A stretch of 54,163 bases of DNA, from the NCBI GenBank assembly GCA_052034485.1, contig JBPOIM010000029.1:1-54163 (forward strand). Reading direction: 5' to 3'. The notes beneath the pieces are model-generated. The model did no database searches. It worked only from the letters and a program-made list of their open reading frames with translations, and was not told the DNA's origin. Origin of the DNA: Candidatus Anderseniibacteriota bacterium. GTDB lineage: Bacteria > Patescibacteriota > Andersenbacteria > UBA10190. Positions 8,077 to 16,413 of this stretch are shown here, one piece after another; position 1 is the first letter of the stretch, and each line of letters begins with the position of its first letter. Position numbers and translations under genes: made by a program.

Positions 8077-8579
8077 ACGACAGGTGGCTGTTGCTGTGCA
8101 GGAGGCTCTTCTTCGCTTGTTAAAATTTGCTCTTGTTCCTGTGGTTGTGGTGCAGCTTGTGGCACTACCGGAGCTGCTGGTTGCTCTTGGGGAGCTTCTT
8201 CGGTAACAACCTGTTCTTGTTCAACTTCAGCTTGCGCTGCTTGCTGTGCTGCTGCATCTTCTTGCGCTTGGCGACGCATCATGTCTTGTGACGCTTGGGT
8301 AATGTCTCGGGCAGCATCTTTAAATTCTTCTAGTGGAGACTTTGACGTTCCAACAAGCCCTTTGCCTTTCATCCACGTTGCTTTGTCCTGTTTATATTTT
8401 CGAAAACCACCCCATGCTAATCCTGCAAGAAATACCGGGAACCACAAAATAGTTACATACTTTGCAATCATCGTGAGAAGGACCAGCGCGAGTGCGGCTA
8501 CTGCTCCATACAAAATTGCCCAGTACATAATTGGGTAAATATTCGGTTTATACGCCAATTGAGGTTGTTGTTCATCCAT
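8073..8579 (-). CDS. Hypothetical two-TM protein with Q/E/P/A-rich C-terminal tail
   Basis: Two TM helices followed by a low-complexity tail (AAAQQAAQAEVEQEQ...PQPQEQEQ). ATG 8579 is preferred over the ORF-track TTG 8615. Its stop codon overlaps the convergent gene's stop. Confidence 0.55.
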   Translation of the reverse strand: MDEQQPQLAYKPNIYPIMYWAILYGAVAALALVLLTMIAKYVTILWFPVFLAGLAWGGFRKYKQDKATWMKGKGLVGTSKSPLEEFKDAARDITQASQDMMRRQAQEDAAAQQAAQAEVEQEQVVTEEAPQEQPAAPVVPQAAPQPQEQEQILTSEEEPPAQQQPPVV

Positions 8580-8620
8580 AGCAAAAGTATGCCACTTATT
8601 CGAGACTGTGTGCAAATACG

Positions 8621-9517
8621 TTACTTTACCGGCATGGTGAGTAGGCGTTCTATTTCGGCAAATTGTGCCTGTTCGCTAATATCGTTCATAACAACAGCCA
8701 CCTTATCTGCCTGTTTCCCTGTTCCTTGCACTACGAGACAATACCCTGCTTCATATAAAAAGCCTGTTTTACTGCCTGCAACCTCAAGCTTGCCTTCTTG
8801 TACGGGTTTATTGGTGTTGTGAATCGTGTGTTCGCGACCCGTCCCCTTAACCGTAAACGCATATTCTTTTTGTGAGGTTGCCTTGGAAATTTCCGGGTAA
8901 TGCGTAAATGCATAGTTGGCCATAACGGCAACTTCGTACGCGGTTGAAACATTATGGGGATCGAGGCCTGTTACGTCGTGAAATTCGGTTTGTTCTAGTT
9001 TTAGTTGAATTGCTTTTCGATTCATTTCCTGAACAAATTCGTCTGTAGACATACCAAGTTGTCGTACGTATGCCTTCGTTGCGTTGTTTGCTGATCCGAG
9101 AAGTGATGCATTGAATAAGTCGCGCATAGTAACGGTCTCTCCTGGGTTGAGTACAAGTTCCCCGCCCACCCCGTACTCTTGTGGAAGAATGTTCGCTTCT
9201 TTGTCCCATGGTATTCCGTGATCCATTGCGACCATTGCTGTCATGAGTTTTGTGATGCTCGCAAGCGGGCGGCGTTCAAATGCGTTTTGCTGAAACGAAA
9301 TAGTCTGTGTCTCCGCATTCCATAGAAGCGCACTTGTTGCAGTAAATGTGTCGTCACTCTTTTTTAGCTCTTCTCCTGATAGCCCCACAACAACACTAGA
9401 GCCTCCGGAAAGTGGAATCGTGATATGCGGATCTTGAACAATTTTTGATACGACGACACCTACGACAAACGCAAGAACAAGGCAGATACCTCCAAATAGA
9501 ACGGTCGCTTTATGCAT
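8621..9517 (-). CDS. D-alanyl-D-alanine carboxypeptidase (peptidase S11, PBP5/6-like)
   Basis: SxxK (ASITKLMT), SxN (GSANN) and KTG (GSKTGF) motifs, with an N-terminal anchor. Confidence 0.88.
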   Translation of the reverse strand: MHKATVLFGGICLVLAFVVGVVVSKIVQDPHITIPLSGGSSVVVGLSGEELKKSDDTFTATSALLWNAETQTISFQQNAFERRPLASITKLMTAMVAMDHGIPWDKEANILPQEYGVGGELVLNPGETVTMRDLFNASLLGSANNATKAYVRQLGMSTDEFVQEMNRKAIQLKLEQTEFHDVTGLDPHNVSTAYEVAVMANYAFTHYPEISKATSQKEYAFTVKGTGREHTIHNTNKPVQEGKLEVAGSKTGFLYEAGYCLVVQGTGKQADKVAVVMNDISEQAQFAEIERLLTMPVK

Positions 9518-9541
9518 ATTCTTCTAGTGTACAATACAGGA

Positions 9542-10147
9542 ATGCATACATATGCCAAGATTACAAAAGATATTGGCTACGCCAAGCGGGTTATTGAACA
9601 GGGTCGAGTTGTGGCATTTCCAACTGGTACGTGCTATGGCTTGGCAGTAAATGCGCTTTTTGGGCCCGCATTGCAGCGTCTTCGAAATATAAAGAAGCGC
9701 CCACAAGAAAAGACGTTTACCGTGTTTATGGACGAAAGCCTGTGGGACACGTATCTCGACCTGAAGCCAGAAGAGGAAAAAATGCTTCATACCTACGCAC
9801 ATACTGCTTTTACGCTCCTTGTGCGCCCGAAAGACCAGCTTGCCCACCTCGCACAAGACGGGCTGATTGGATTGCGAGTTATTGATAATACAATGATGAA
9901 AGACTTTGCCCACGCAACATTGCTTCCTATGACAGCAACTAGTGCAAACATTTCAGGGCAAGACCCTTGTACCAAAGCGGAAGAAATTGAACAAGCGCTT
10001 CCTTCAAGGGATGGCATGACGTACGATCTTTCCCTCGGTTGCGTGCTCGATGGAGGAGAGTTAAAACAAGGAGTTGTAAGTACTATTGCCAGGCTGAATG
10101 CTGGCAAGGTTGAGATTATTAGGCAGGGCGCGTTGATGCTTTCTTGA
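9542..10147 (+). CDS. tsaC: L-threonylcarbamoyladenylate synthase (Sua5/YciO/YrdC family)
   Basis: Reads VVAFPTGTCYGLAVNA...TSANISGQ...STI. The ATG at 9542 gives the canonical spacing before the AFPT motif. The ORF-track start at 9512 is also an ATG. Confidence 0.85.
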   Translation: MHTYAKITKDIGYAKRVIEQGRVVAFPTGTCYGLAVNALFGPALQRLRNIKKRPQEKTFTVFMDESLWDTYLDLKPEEEKMLHTYAHTAFTLLVRPKDQLAHLAQDGLIGLRVIDNTMMKDFAHATLLPMTATSANISGQDPCTKAEEIEQALPSRDGMTYDLSLGCVLDGGELKQGVVSTIARLNAGKVEIIRQGALMLS

Positions 10148-11108
10148 GGTAGCGCTGATTCATCATAAACGTTCCGTATCCGATTCCGATAAGCGCAAAC
10201 CCAGCAAGGATAAGCGAGATAGGCCAGCCAAGACTGTCGCTAAAGTATTCGGCGGTAATTTTCATGATGTATCCCATTAAAAAGAGGCTTCCAAAAATAA
10301 GCATGGCGCGGCTTTTTAGCGTAACGCTCAAGAACATAATTCCGAACGTAAGCCCGACAAATATAATTTCCCAGAACTGGTTTGCGGCCGGAGCATATCC
10401 GCCAAGGGCAAGCGCCGCACCCAAAAACATAATCGTTCCAATTGAATACATCCACTGTGTGAATGTTGGAGTTTTTGCTTGCCATCCGTACCCCATGAGC
10501 ATGTAGCTGATACCAAGAAGAAGGAATCGATATTCAAATGCTGTATCGAGTTGGATTGCAGGATTGCGCTCTAAGAGGGCTCCGGTCAGGCTAAAGTACA
10601 GCAAGCTTCCAAAGATAACGCTAAATACTCGAAATATCGTAAGGCGAAGTAAGAAGAACGAAGCCAATACCCAAATAAACATAATGGAGTATATTGCGTT
10701 TTCGTATGAAATAATCGGAGAAGTAAAATGAAGCGTGTTCATGGTGATGAAAATTCCAAACGGTGCCAGTAATGCGAATATAAGGAAGAAGCTCCACGCA
10801 ACTCCGGAGAATTTTTTGAGCCGTATGAGGGCAATGCCGGCTGCATACGCGGCAATGCTTGACCCAAGTGTTACAAGGATACGGGCGGTTGAATTCAAAC
10901 TTTCCCATCGTTGTTGGAAGAACAGTACAATTCCGATCACGACAATGATGCCACCCAGTGCGTACAAGACGTTAATGATACTGAATTTGCGGCGAGGCTG
11001 TTCTACTTTACCTTGCCCCTTTTTAAATGCATCAACTACTTCTGATTCAATGATTGTTCTATCTGCAGATGCCTGCGTGATTGCTGTTAATAGTTCTTCT
11101 TTTTGCAT
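10119..11108 (-). CDS. Multi-pass membrane protein, DUF2157-like
   Basis: Short soluble N-terminal helix (MQKEELLTAITQASADRTIIESEVVDAF) followed by about 9 TM helices. The family call is tentative. Confidence 0.5.
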   Translation of the reverse strand: MQKEELLTAITQASADRTIIESEVVDAFKKGQGKVEQPRRKFSIINVLYALGGIIVVIGIVLFFQQRWESLNSTARILVTLGSSIAAYAAGIALIRLKKFSGVAWSFFLIFALLAPFGIFITMNTLHFTSPIISYENAIYSIMFIWVLASFFLLRLTIFRVFSVIFGSLLYFSLTGALLERNPAIQLDTAFEYRFLLLGISYMLMGYGWQAKTPTFTQWMYSIGTIMFLGAALALGGYAPAANQFWEIIFVGLTFGIMFLSVTLKSRAMLIFGSLFLMGYIMKITAEYFSDSLGWPISLILAGFALIGIGYGTFMMNQRYLKKASTRPA

Positions 11109-11115
11109 AGAGGCA

Positions 11116-11685
11116 TTAGTTTGGAAGCACCCACCCTACAAGTTGGAGTGAGTATCTGTCGATTGAAATATCGGAAATAAGCGATACTTCTTTGCTCGCA
11201 TAATCATTCGAGAGGTATGCATGATCATTTCTGTTGTCCCCGCCTCCGAAGAATGGAAATACTCCATACGATTGTTGTCCGAAGGAAATACTAAAACCGT
11301 CAGGAGATTTTTGCTCTGTTGAAAGTTTGAGCTTCTGAACTTCTTCAATGCTTATTTCTTTATTTGTATCTTGCGCAGTGTCATGAATAAAGAATCGTGG
11401 GGTGGAATCTTTTGTAGGAGGGTAGTTGTTATACTGTGTGTTTGGAATTGTGTAGGTTGTTTTTGTTTCTGTAAGGGTACCGTTTTTTACGGTGAGTGTA
11501 TGGTCTGTGCTCGTTGTCCCCTCTCTCGTTGTGTATGAAGGATATTGTCCAACTGCATACACAAAGTTCGTTGTTGGATGTACAGACCTGCCTGGCAGAA
11601 GCACTGCGGCGGCAATGAGTAACACCATGACAATTGGAATCGCGAGGCCGACTGTAAGCGAGATGGTGGAAGATGTAGTTTTCAT
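11116..11685 (-). CDS. Hypothetical N-terminally anchored extracytoplasmic protein (T/N/Y-rich)
   Basis: 189-aa ORF with a single N-terminal TM. It is spaced 3 nt and 7 nt from the flanking genes on the same strand. Confidence 0.55.
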   Translation of the reverse strand: MKTTSSTISLTVGLAIPIVMVLLIAAAVLLPGRSVHPTTNFVYAVGQYPSYTTREGTTSTDHTLTVKNGTLTETKTTYTIPNTQYNNYPPTKDSTPRFFIHDTAQDTNKEISIEEVQKLKLSTEQKSPDGFSISFGQQSYGVFPFFGGGDNRNDHAYLSNDYASKEVSLISDISIDRYSLQLVGWVLPN

Positions 11686-11688
11686 ACC

Positions 11689-12771
11689 TTATTTGCTACG
11701 TAATGCGTTTGCTAAAGCGCGAAGTGTTGAGCCGAGTCCAACAAAGAATATGACGATACCCACAATAAATCCAATTGGACCAAGGAGCATGAGGATTGCC
11801 AAAACAACTGCTCCAACTAGCGCATGCTGCCAGGTAAGTGGTGCATCAGGCTTTTTCATGAGCTTGTACGCAAGTCCGCCAAGTGCGAGGGTAGATGCTG
11901 CAATCGATGCGATGCATAGTGGAATGGTGATAAGGAGGAGGAAGAACCCGACTGGCATTCCGATAAACGAAGCAATAAGCAAGATAGAAACCGGAAGAAG
12001 AAGTACGAGCCACAACATTCCAATTCCCGCTGATTGTACTGGAGATTTCGTAAAGAGTTCTTGCGTATGCTTTGCAAGCTTTGGAACGCCAAAGAGAAGG
12101 ATGAGCGCAAGAACAAGGTGTGATGCAGCGGAGCGTATAGAGCGAATAAGAACAGATTGAGGGGCGCGCTGCTCTCGTTGTATTTGTGCTCGCGCAATTG
12201 TTTTTGTTTCTCCTTTTATAATTGCACCCTCTTCAATAATCGGTTCTTCTCCGTATGTTGTAAGTGATCCATTAATAGAAGCATCTTTTGTGACAAGAAT
12301 GCGTTCTCCTGTGGCTCGCACGTTTCCCTGTACTGTTCCTGAAATTACTGTGTCTTGTCCTGCAATATATACATCGCCACCAATGCTTGCGGACGGAGCA
12401 ATGGCCACATGTGAACCAGCAGCAAATATATCGTGAGCAACCGATCCTGTGAGTGTCACAATATTCCCAGCTACTCGTACATCATCTCGCACGTCTCCGG
12501 TAAGAGAAATTGAGTTTCCTGCCGCAAAGATGCTCTGGTCGGTAATGCTAGAAATATCAATAGAATCTCCTGCTGCAAATATATCTCCTTGTACAGGAGC
12601 GGCTACAACAACAGATTTACTCGCGGTATACAAATCGCTTGTAAGGGCGCTTCGTACGGATGCTGTTTCGTTAGAAGGAGCTAAAAATGTTGCAGCAAGC
12701 CCTGTGCTTGGAATGGCAAGGAGAAGTGCTGCTATGCTAAGCGAAATATGTGTTGGAAGGAGTTTGTTCAT
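11689..12771 (-). CDS. Secreted bactofilin-like beta-helix repeat domain fused to a C-terminal multi-TM domain
   Basis: Signal peptide (..IPSTGLAATF). About six 14-16-aa repeats of the type GDIFAAGDSIDIS / QSIFAAGNSISLTG / HDIFAAGSHVAIA / GDVYIAGQDTVISG. Then 4-5 TM helices. Confidence 0.55.
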   Translation of the reverse strand: MNKLLPTHISLSIAALLLAIPSTGLAATFLAPSNETASVRSALTSDLYTASKSVVVAAPVQGDIFAAGDSIDISSITDQSIFAAGNSISLTGDVRDDVRVAGNIVTLTGSVAHDIFAAGSHVAIAPSASIGGDVYIAGQDTVISGTVQGNVRATGERILVTKDASINGSLTTYGEEPIIEEGAIIKGETKTIARAQIQREQRAPQSVLIRSIRSAASHLVLALILLFGVPKLAKHTQELFTKSPVQSAGIGMLWLVLLLPVSILLIASFIGMPVGFFLLLITIPLCIASIAASTLALGGLAYKLMKKPDAPLTWQHALVGAVVLAILMLLGPIGFIVGIVIFFVGLGSTLRALANALRSK

Positions 12772-12786
12772 ATCGTAATAGTATCG

Positions 12787-14034
12787 CTAAATTTGTGACG
12801 TGTCACGAGGCATAAACAGGTCAACAATCCAGTCGAATATAACGTGAACTTTGTTCCCTAAGCCCGGGATTTCTGTAATAAACACTGCTCTTCGTACAAT
12901 CCACATAAAAAATCCGGCAATGAGTACAGGCTTTTTCTCAAGTATCGCAAAGTGGTTCCCAATAGGGATAATACTCCCCTTGTGGAAGTAGGGTTTCTTT
13001 TTGAGCTTTTTATCTCGGAGGTACGCAACAACGTTGTAGGCCACGGTGTTCGATGCTTGTGTGGCAGCTTGAGCGAGTGGTGGATACTCATACCCTGCGT
13101 CTAGAACGTGTGCGTTGTCTCCAATTCCAAATATGCTTGGGTATTCTGGGGTTTGGAATGTAGGCAATACAGAAAGTTGCCCGCGTTCGGTAAGCATTTT
13201 TTTGGGAAGCATGCCAAGTAGTACGCTTTGGGTTCCTGCTGTCCAAAAAATGCTGTTACTTGAAATAAATGAACCAGAAGAAAGCTGCACACCATCTTTC
13301 TTTACGCGGTCTACTTGGGTATTGAGCAGTACATTTACTCCCATTGACCGCAAGCGTGCCAGCGCTAACTTTGATGCTCGCGGAGAAAGCTGTTCAAGCA
13401 AGCGGCTGCCTGCATGAACAAACGTAATTTTTGCATGAGAGTTTGGAATGTCTTTGTAATAGTCTTTCATTTCATCTCGTAATAGATCTGATACTTGCCC
13501 GGCAAATTCTGTCCCCGTTGCTCCTCCGCCAACAATCACAAAGTGCAAGAACTTATCCATTTCTTTTTTATCATTAATGTCGTGCATTTCAGATGCACGT
13601 TCAAACGACGCAATAATTCGGTTTCGTATTGCCAGTGCGCCCGGGAGCCATTTAAGCGCAAGGGCGTATTGGTCTGCGCCAGGAGTATTAAAGAAACTTT
13701 GCTCTGCACCGAGGGCAACAATGAGAACATCGTATCCGTGGTCGCCCTGGTCGGTTACTACAATCTTTTTCTTCGGGTCTATTTTTTTTACGGTCGCTTG
13801 GTGAAAGTCTTTCCCGCAGCAGTGCAGTATTTCTCGAAGCGGATGAATAATGTGTTCCCTATTTACTGCACCTGTTGCCACTTCGTGCAGCATCGGCGTA
13901 AACGTAAAATAATTTGTTTTGCTAATGAGCTCTATTTGCAGGTTATGAATATTGACCGGATGCACAAGCCGATGCAGCTTCTGGTATACAGAAATTCCAC
14001 CAAAGCCCCCTCCAAGTATCAAGATTTTTTTCAT
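12787..14034 (-). CDS. ndh: Type II NADH dehydrogenase-like FAD/NAD(P) oxidoreductase
   Basis: KKILILGGGFGGISV and a second dinucleotide motif FVIVGGGATGTEFAG. 415 aa. Confidence 0.8.
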   Translation of the reverse strand: MKKILILGGGFGGISVYQKLHRLVHPVNIHNLQIELISKTNYFTFTPMLHEVATGAVNREHIIHPLREILHCCGKDFHQATVKKIDPKKKIVVTDQGDHGYDVLIVALGAEQSFFNTPGADQYALALKWLPGALAIRNRIIASFERASEMHDINDKKEMDKFLHFVIVGGGATGTEFAGQVSDLLRDEMKDYYKDIPNSHAKITFVHAGSRLLEQLSPRASKLALARLRSMGVNVLLNTQVDRVKKDGVQLSSGSFISSNSIFWTAGTQSVLLGMLPKKMLTERGQLSVLPTFQTPEYPSIFGIGDNAHVLDAGYEYPPLAQAATQASNTVAYNVVAYLRDKKLKKKPYFHKGSIIPIGNHFAILEKKPVLIAGFFMWIVRRAVFITEIPGLGNKVHVIFDWIVDLFMPRDTSQI

Positions 14035-14237
14035 TATGAAAATTTGCGTTCAATTTCTTGTACGGTATTTTCAATCTCTTTTAGTCGGTCCTGAAGTTGT
14101 TTTGCCAACGCAAGTCCACGTTCAAATTTTGGTAAATCCTTTTCCAGATCCAGTTCTCGGGATTCAAATTCTTCAACAATGCCCTCCAGCTCTTTGTATC
14201 CCTTTGTAAAATTAAATGGTTCAGACGCTTTTGCCAT
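14034..14237 (-). CDS. xseB: Exodeoxyribonuclease VII small subunit
   Basis: Reads FTKGYKELEGIVEEFESRELDLEKDLPKFERGLALAKQLQDRL. ATG 14237 avoids overlap with xseA (the ORF-track start at 14273 is TTG). TAATG overlap with ndh. Confidence 0.85.
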   Translation of the reverse strand: MAKASEPFNFTKGYKELEGIVEEFESRELDLEKDLPKFERGLALAKQLQDRLKEIENTVQEIERKFS

Positions 14238-14250
14238 ATGGGTAACTGTA

Positions 14251-15426
14251 TCATGCACCTTTCCCCTGAACAACGGAGCTTATAGTACCTGTTGCAAAGG
14301 TGGTTTCTATAGTCTCTCCTACTGAAATATCCGATGCATCTTTAATAATTTTCCCAGATGCGCTCTTGGTAATGCTGTACCCGCGCTCAAGGGTTTTTTG
14401 TGGAGATAGTGCGACGATAATTCTTCTCATACCGACAAGTTGCTCTGTTGATGCGGCAATAGCGTCGCGGAGCCGGAGCGAAACGGAAGATATCCGCGAG
14501 ATGAGTTGCTGCGCGCGTTCCGATGTGTACGCCAGGCGGCTCGTAATAGCATGGGTCATGCGGACAATGCGTGTTCTTTGGGTAGTAATGCGGTCGAGCA
14601 ATGACTGTGAAAGCGTATTTGTCATGCGGTGTATGTCGAGTGTTATTTCTTCTCGTGAACGCACCACAAGTTCTGCTGCATTGCTCGGGGTAGATGCGCG
14701 TACGTCTGCTGCAAGTTCTGCGAGCGACACGTCTCTCTCATGCCCGATTCCGACAATCGTTGGAGTTCTAGAAGATGCAACGGCACGCACTACGTGTTCA
14801 TCGTTAAATGCCATCAAGTCTTCCATGCTTCCACCTCCGCGCACTAATACAATGGCATCTAAATTCTTGAGCTCCTCATTGGCAGTCTGTAATGCGCCGA
14901 TAATTTGATCTGGAGCCTCTGCTCCTTGCACCTGGGTATGAATAAACGAAATGGTAAGTCCGCCTTGTCGTGCAGCGAGTACTTTTAAGAAGTCGTTGTA
15001 CGCAGCAGCCTCTTTGGAAGTAATAAGTGCAATGTGTTCTGGGAATCGTGGAAGTGGTCGTTTACGTTCGGGGGCAAATAATCCCTCTGCTTCTAACTTT
15101 TGTTGTAATAGTTGCAGTGCGCGTTTGAGTGAACCTTCTCCTGATGGCTGAACATTCTTTGCAACAAAACTTAAAAATCCTTTTGCGCGCAAGTTCGGCT
15201 GGCCGGTTACTTTCACCAACATGCCATCTTCAATTTGTGTGCGCAGGCTCCATACGGTCATGAAGCATTTCAGTACTGAATCAGAATCTTTGATATCAAA
15301 CGTAACCCATTTGTTATGGATCACTCGAAACTCCGACACTTCGCCTTCAACCGTAAGTTCGCCAAGCGAATCCAGGGCAATATTAATTGCCTCCACGCAT
15401 TGGCTTACAGTGAGCACAATTTCCAT
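14251..15426 (-). CDS. xseA: Exodeoxyribonuclease VII large subunit
   Basis: N-terminal OB fold (..VEGEVSEFRVIHNKWVTFDIKD) and a catalytic region (RGGGSMEDLMAFNDE). 391 aa, immediately upstream of xseB. Confidence 0.9.
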   Translation of the reverse strand: MEIVLTVSQCVEAINIALDSLGELTVEGEVSEFRVIHNKWVTFDIKDSDSVLKCFMTVWSLRTQIEDGMLVKVTGQPNLRAKGFLSFVAKNVQPSGEGSLKRALQLLQQKLEAEGLFAPERKRPLPRFPEHIALITSKEAAAYNDFLKVLAARQGGLTISFIHTQVQGAEAPDQIIGALQTANEELKNLDAIVLVRGGGSMEDLMAFNDEHVVRAVASSRTPTIVGIGHERDVSLAELAADVRASTPSNAAELVVRSREEITLDIHRMTNTLSQSLLDRITTQRTRIVRMTHAITSRLAYTSERAQQLISRISSVSLRLRDAIAASTEQLVGMRRIIVALSPQKTLERGYSITKSASGKIIKDASDISVGETIETTFATGTISSVVQGKGA

Positions 15427-15447
15427 GTCCTCTATCGTACACTATAT

Positions 15448-15498
15448 GCACTACTTGACTTTATATTATATATGTGATATACTTATATTAAGTAGTGC
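15448..15498. promoter_or_regulatory. Symmetric divergent promoter region bracketed by GCACTACTT / AAGTAGTGC
   Basis: Plus strand: TTGACT 15455..15460, 17 nt, TATACT 15478..15483. Minus strand: TATAAT 15470..15465, facing xseA. A 9-nt inverted repeat (15448..15456 and 15490..15498) sits at the expected +1 of each promoter. Confidence 0.5.
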
Positions 15499-15520
15499 TA
15501 TAGCCCAGGATTTGCCATAC

Positions 15521-15542
15521 GCCCCCTAAAGGGGCTTTTCTT
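15521..15542 (+). terminator. Short GC hairpin + U-run (terminator or attenuator-like)
   Basis: GCCCC-CTAAA-GGGGC followed by TTTTCTT. It lies about 30 nt after the predicted plus-strand start site and 44 nt before tRNA-Gln. Confidence 0.4.
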
Positions 15543-15585
15543 CATCTCTTGTATTAAATGGCGTTTTCGCTAAAACTAAGGGTAC

Positions 15586-15656
15586 TCCCGGGTCGTCTAA
15601 AGGCAGGACAAGAGACTTTGGATCTCTGAATCGGGGTTCGAATCCCTGCCCGGGAA
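15586..15656 (+). tRNA. tRNA-Gln (anticodon TTG), no encoded CCA
   Basis: Hand fold. Acceptor TCCCGGG/CCCGGGA (U1-A72), D-arm GTCT..GGAC, anticodon stem AGAGA/TCTCT with loop CTTTGGA, T-arm CGGGG-TTCGAAT-CCCTG. Confidence 0.88.
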
Positions 15657-15662
15657 CAAAAA

Positions 15663-15695
15663 GAAAACCGCTTAGGTGTAACCTAGGCGGTTTTA
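15663..15695. terminator. Bidirectional Rho-independent terminator
   Basis: Stem ACCGCTTAGGT-GTA-ACCTAGGCGGT (11 bp including one G-U pair), flanked by an A-run upstream and a T-run downstream. It serves tRNA-Gln (+) and the GNAT gene (-). Confidence 0.8.
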
Positions 15696-15703
15696 GTTTG
15701 TCG

Positions 15704-16156
15704 TTAAAGAATTTTGCGGTAATCGTTACACGGGTTTGGCGGTGGGCATTGTTCGAACCCATGTTTTTTCAGGAGTCGTTCCGATGCTGTATTTCCTTTC
15801 CTGATTTGAGCCCCGAGCATTTCACGAAATGAGCAACTCCTCGCCCATTCAATGAGTGTCTCTAGCGCGTTGCTGCCGTACCCCTTTCTGCATTCTGAAT
15901 CCGGGAGGGTCGTCATATTGGTTATGACGATATCAGACTGGGGTGCTTGGTGGTCCATACGGAGAAACCGTATTGTCGTTCTTGCTAGACCATCCGTGCT
16001 TGTAAAGGCTGCGATGTATGCAACTTCTCCGGTTGCTCTTGTGCTATCTCGCCCAACCTCGGCACCATATTCTTTCAGGCGTTGCGCTTGAGCGTCTAGG
16101 GTTGGGAGGGACTTTTCGATGAGTGCACACCATGCGTCAAATTCTTTTTTATTCAT
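15704..16156 (-). CDS. GNAT family N-acetyltransferase
   Basis: 150 aa. Acetyl-CoA motif A region ...ECRKGYGSNALETLIEWA... and C-terminal ASERLLKKHGFE. Confidence 0.75.
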   Translation of the reverse strand: MNKKEFDAWCALIEKSLPTLDAQAQRLKEYGAEVGRDSTRATGEVAYIAAFTSTDGLARTTIRFLRMDHQAPQSDIVITNMTTLPDSECRKGYGSNALETLIEWARSCSFREMLGAQIRKGNTASERLLKKHGFEQCPPPNPCNDYRKIL

Positions 16157-16326
16157 TGGTTTATTCCTTTGTGACGTGTAGGTGGTTTACGTTTACTACC
16201 ACCAAAGCACTCTCCATAAGATTTTTGCAAGAGCTTCAATGAGTATGAGCATGATGAGCACCACAATGCACATACACCCACGGCCATAGCATCCACAATC
16301 ATCGTCGGTGGGGTGGGACATCTCAT
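16153..16326 (-). CDS. Possible small Cys-rich hydrophobic protein (57 aa), coding status uncertain
   Basis: MRCPTPPTMIVDAMAVGVCALWCSSCSYSLKLLQKSYGECFGGSKRKPPTRHKGINQ. Its TGA overlaps the GNAT ATG (ATGA at 16156..16153). GGAG abuts the ATG, which is poor spacing. The longer ORF-track start lies upstream of the predicted start site. Confidence 0.3.
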   Translation of the reverse strand: MRCPTPPTMIVDAMAVGVCALWCSSCSYSLKLLQKSYGECFGGSKRKPPTRHKGINQ

Positions 16327-16375
16327 CTCCTTCGATTTCGGGAAGTAGCAAAAATAAATGTCAAAGAGCACCTGA

Positions 16376-16404
16376 AAAATACAGGTATATTTTTATATTG
16401 TCAA
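16376..16404 (-). promoter_or_regulatory. Candidate promoter TTGACA-17 nt-TATTTT
   Basis: Minus-strand TTGACA at 16404..16399 and TATTTT at 16381..16376, starting 9 nt after the dnaX stop. Confidence 0.45.
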
Positions 16405-16413
16405 GGTTGTGCC

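Noticed and set aside
8073-8290. A second low-complexity repeat-like stretch.
   Set aside because: It encodes the Q/E/P/A-rich C-terminal tail of the 8073..8579 membrane protein. There are no discrete repeat units.
9511-9518. The palindrome TATGCATA, in which divergent ATGs of the carboxypeptidase and tsaC ORFs overlap.
   Set aside because: tsaC most likely starts at the next ATG (9542), which gives the canonical spacing to the AFPT motif. The overlap is probably coincidental.
15526-15762. A 78-aa minus-strand ORF.
   Set aside because: It spans tRNA-Gln and the bidirectional terminator. It is an artefact of an open frame across RNA features.
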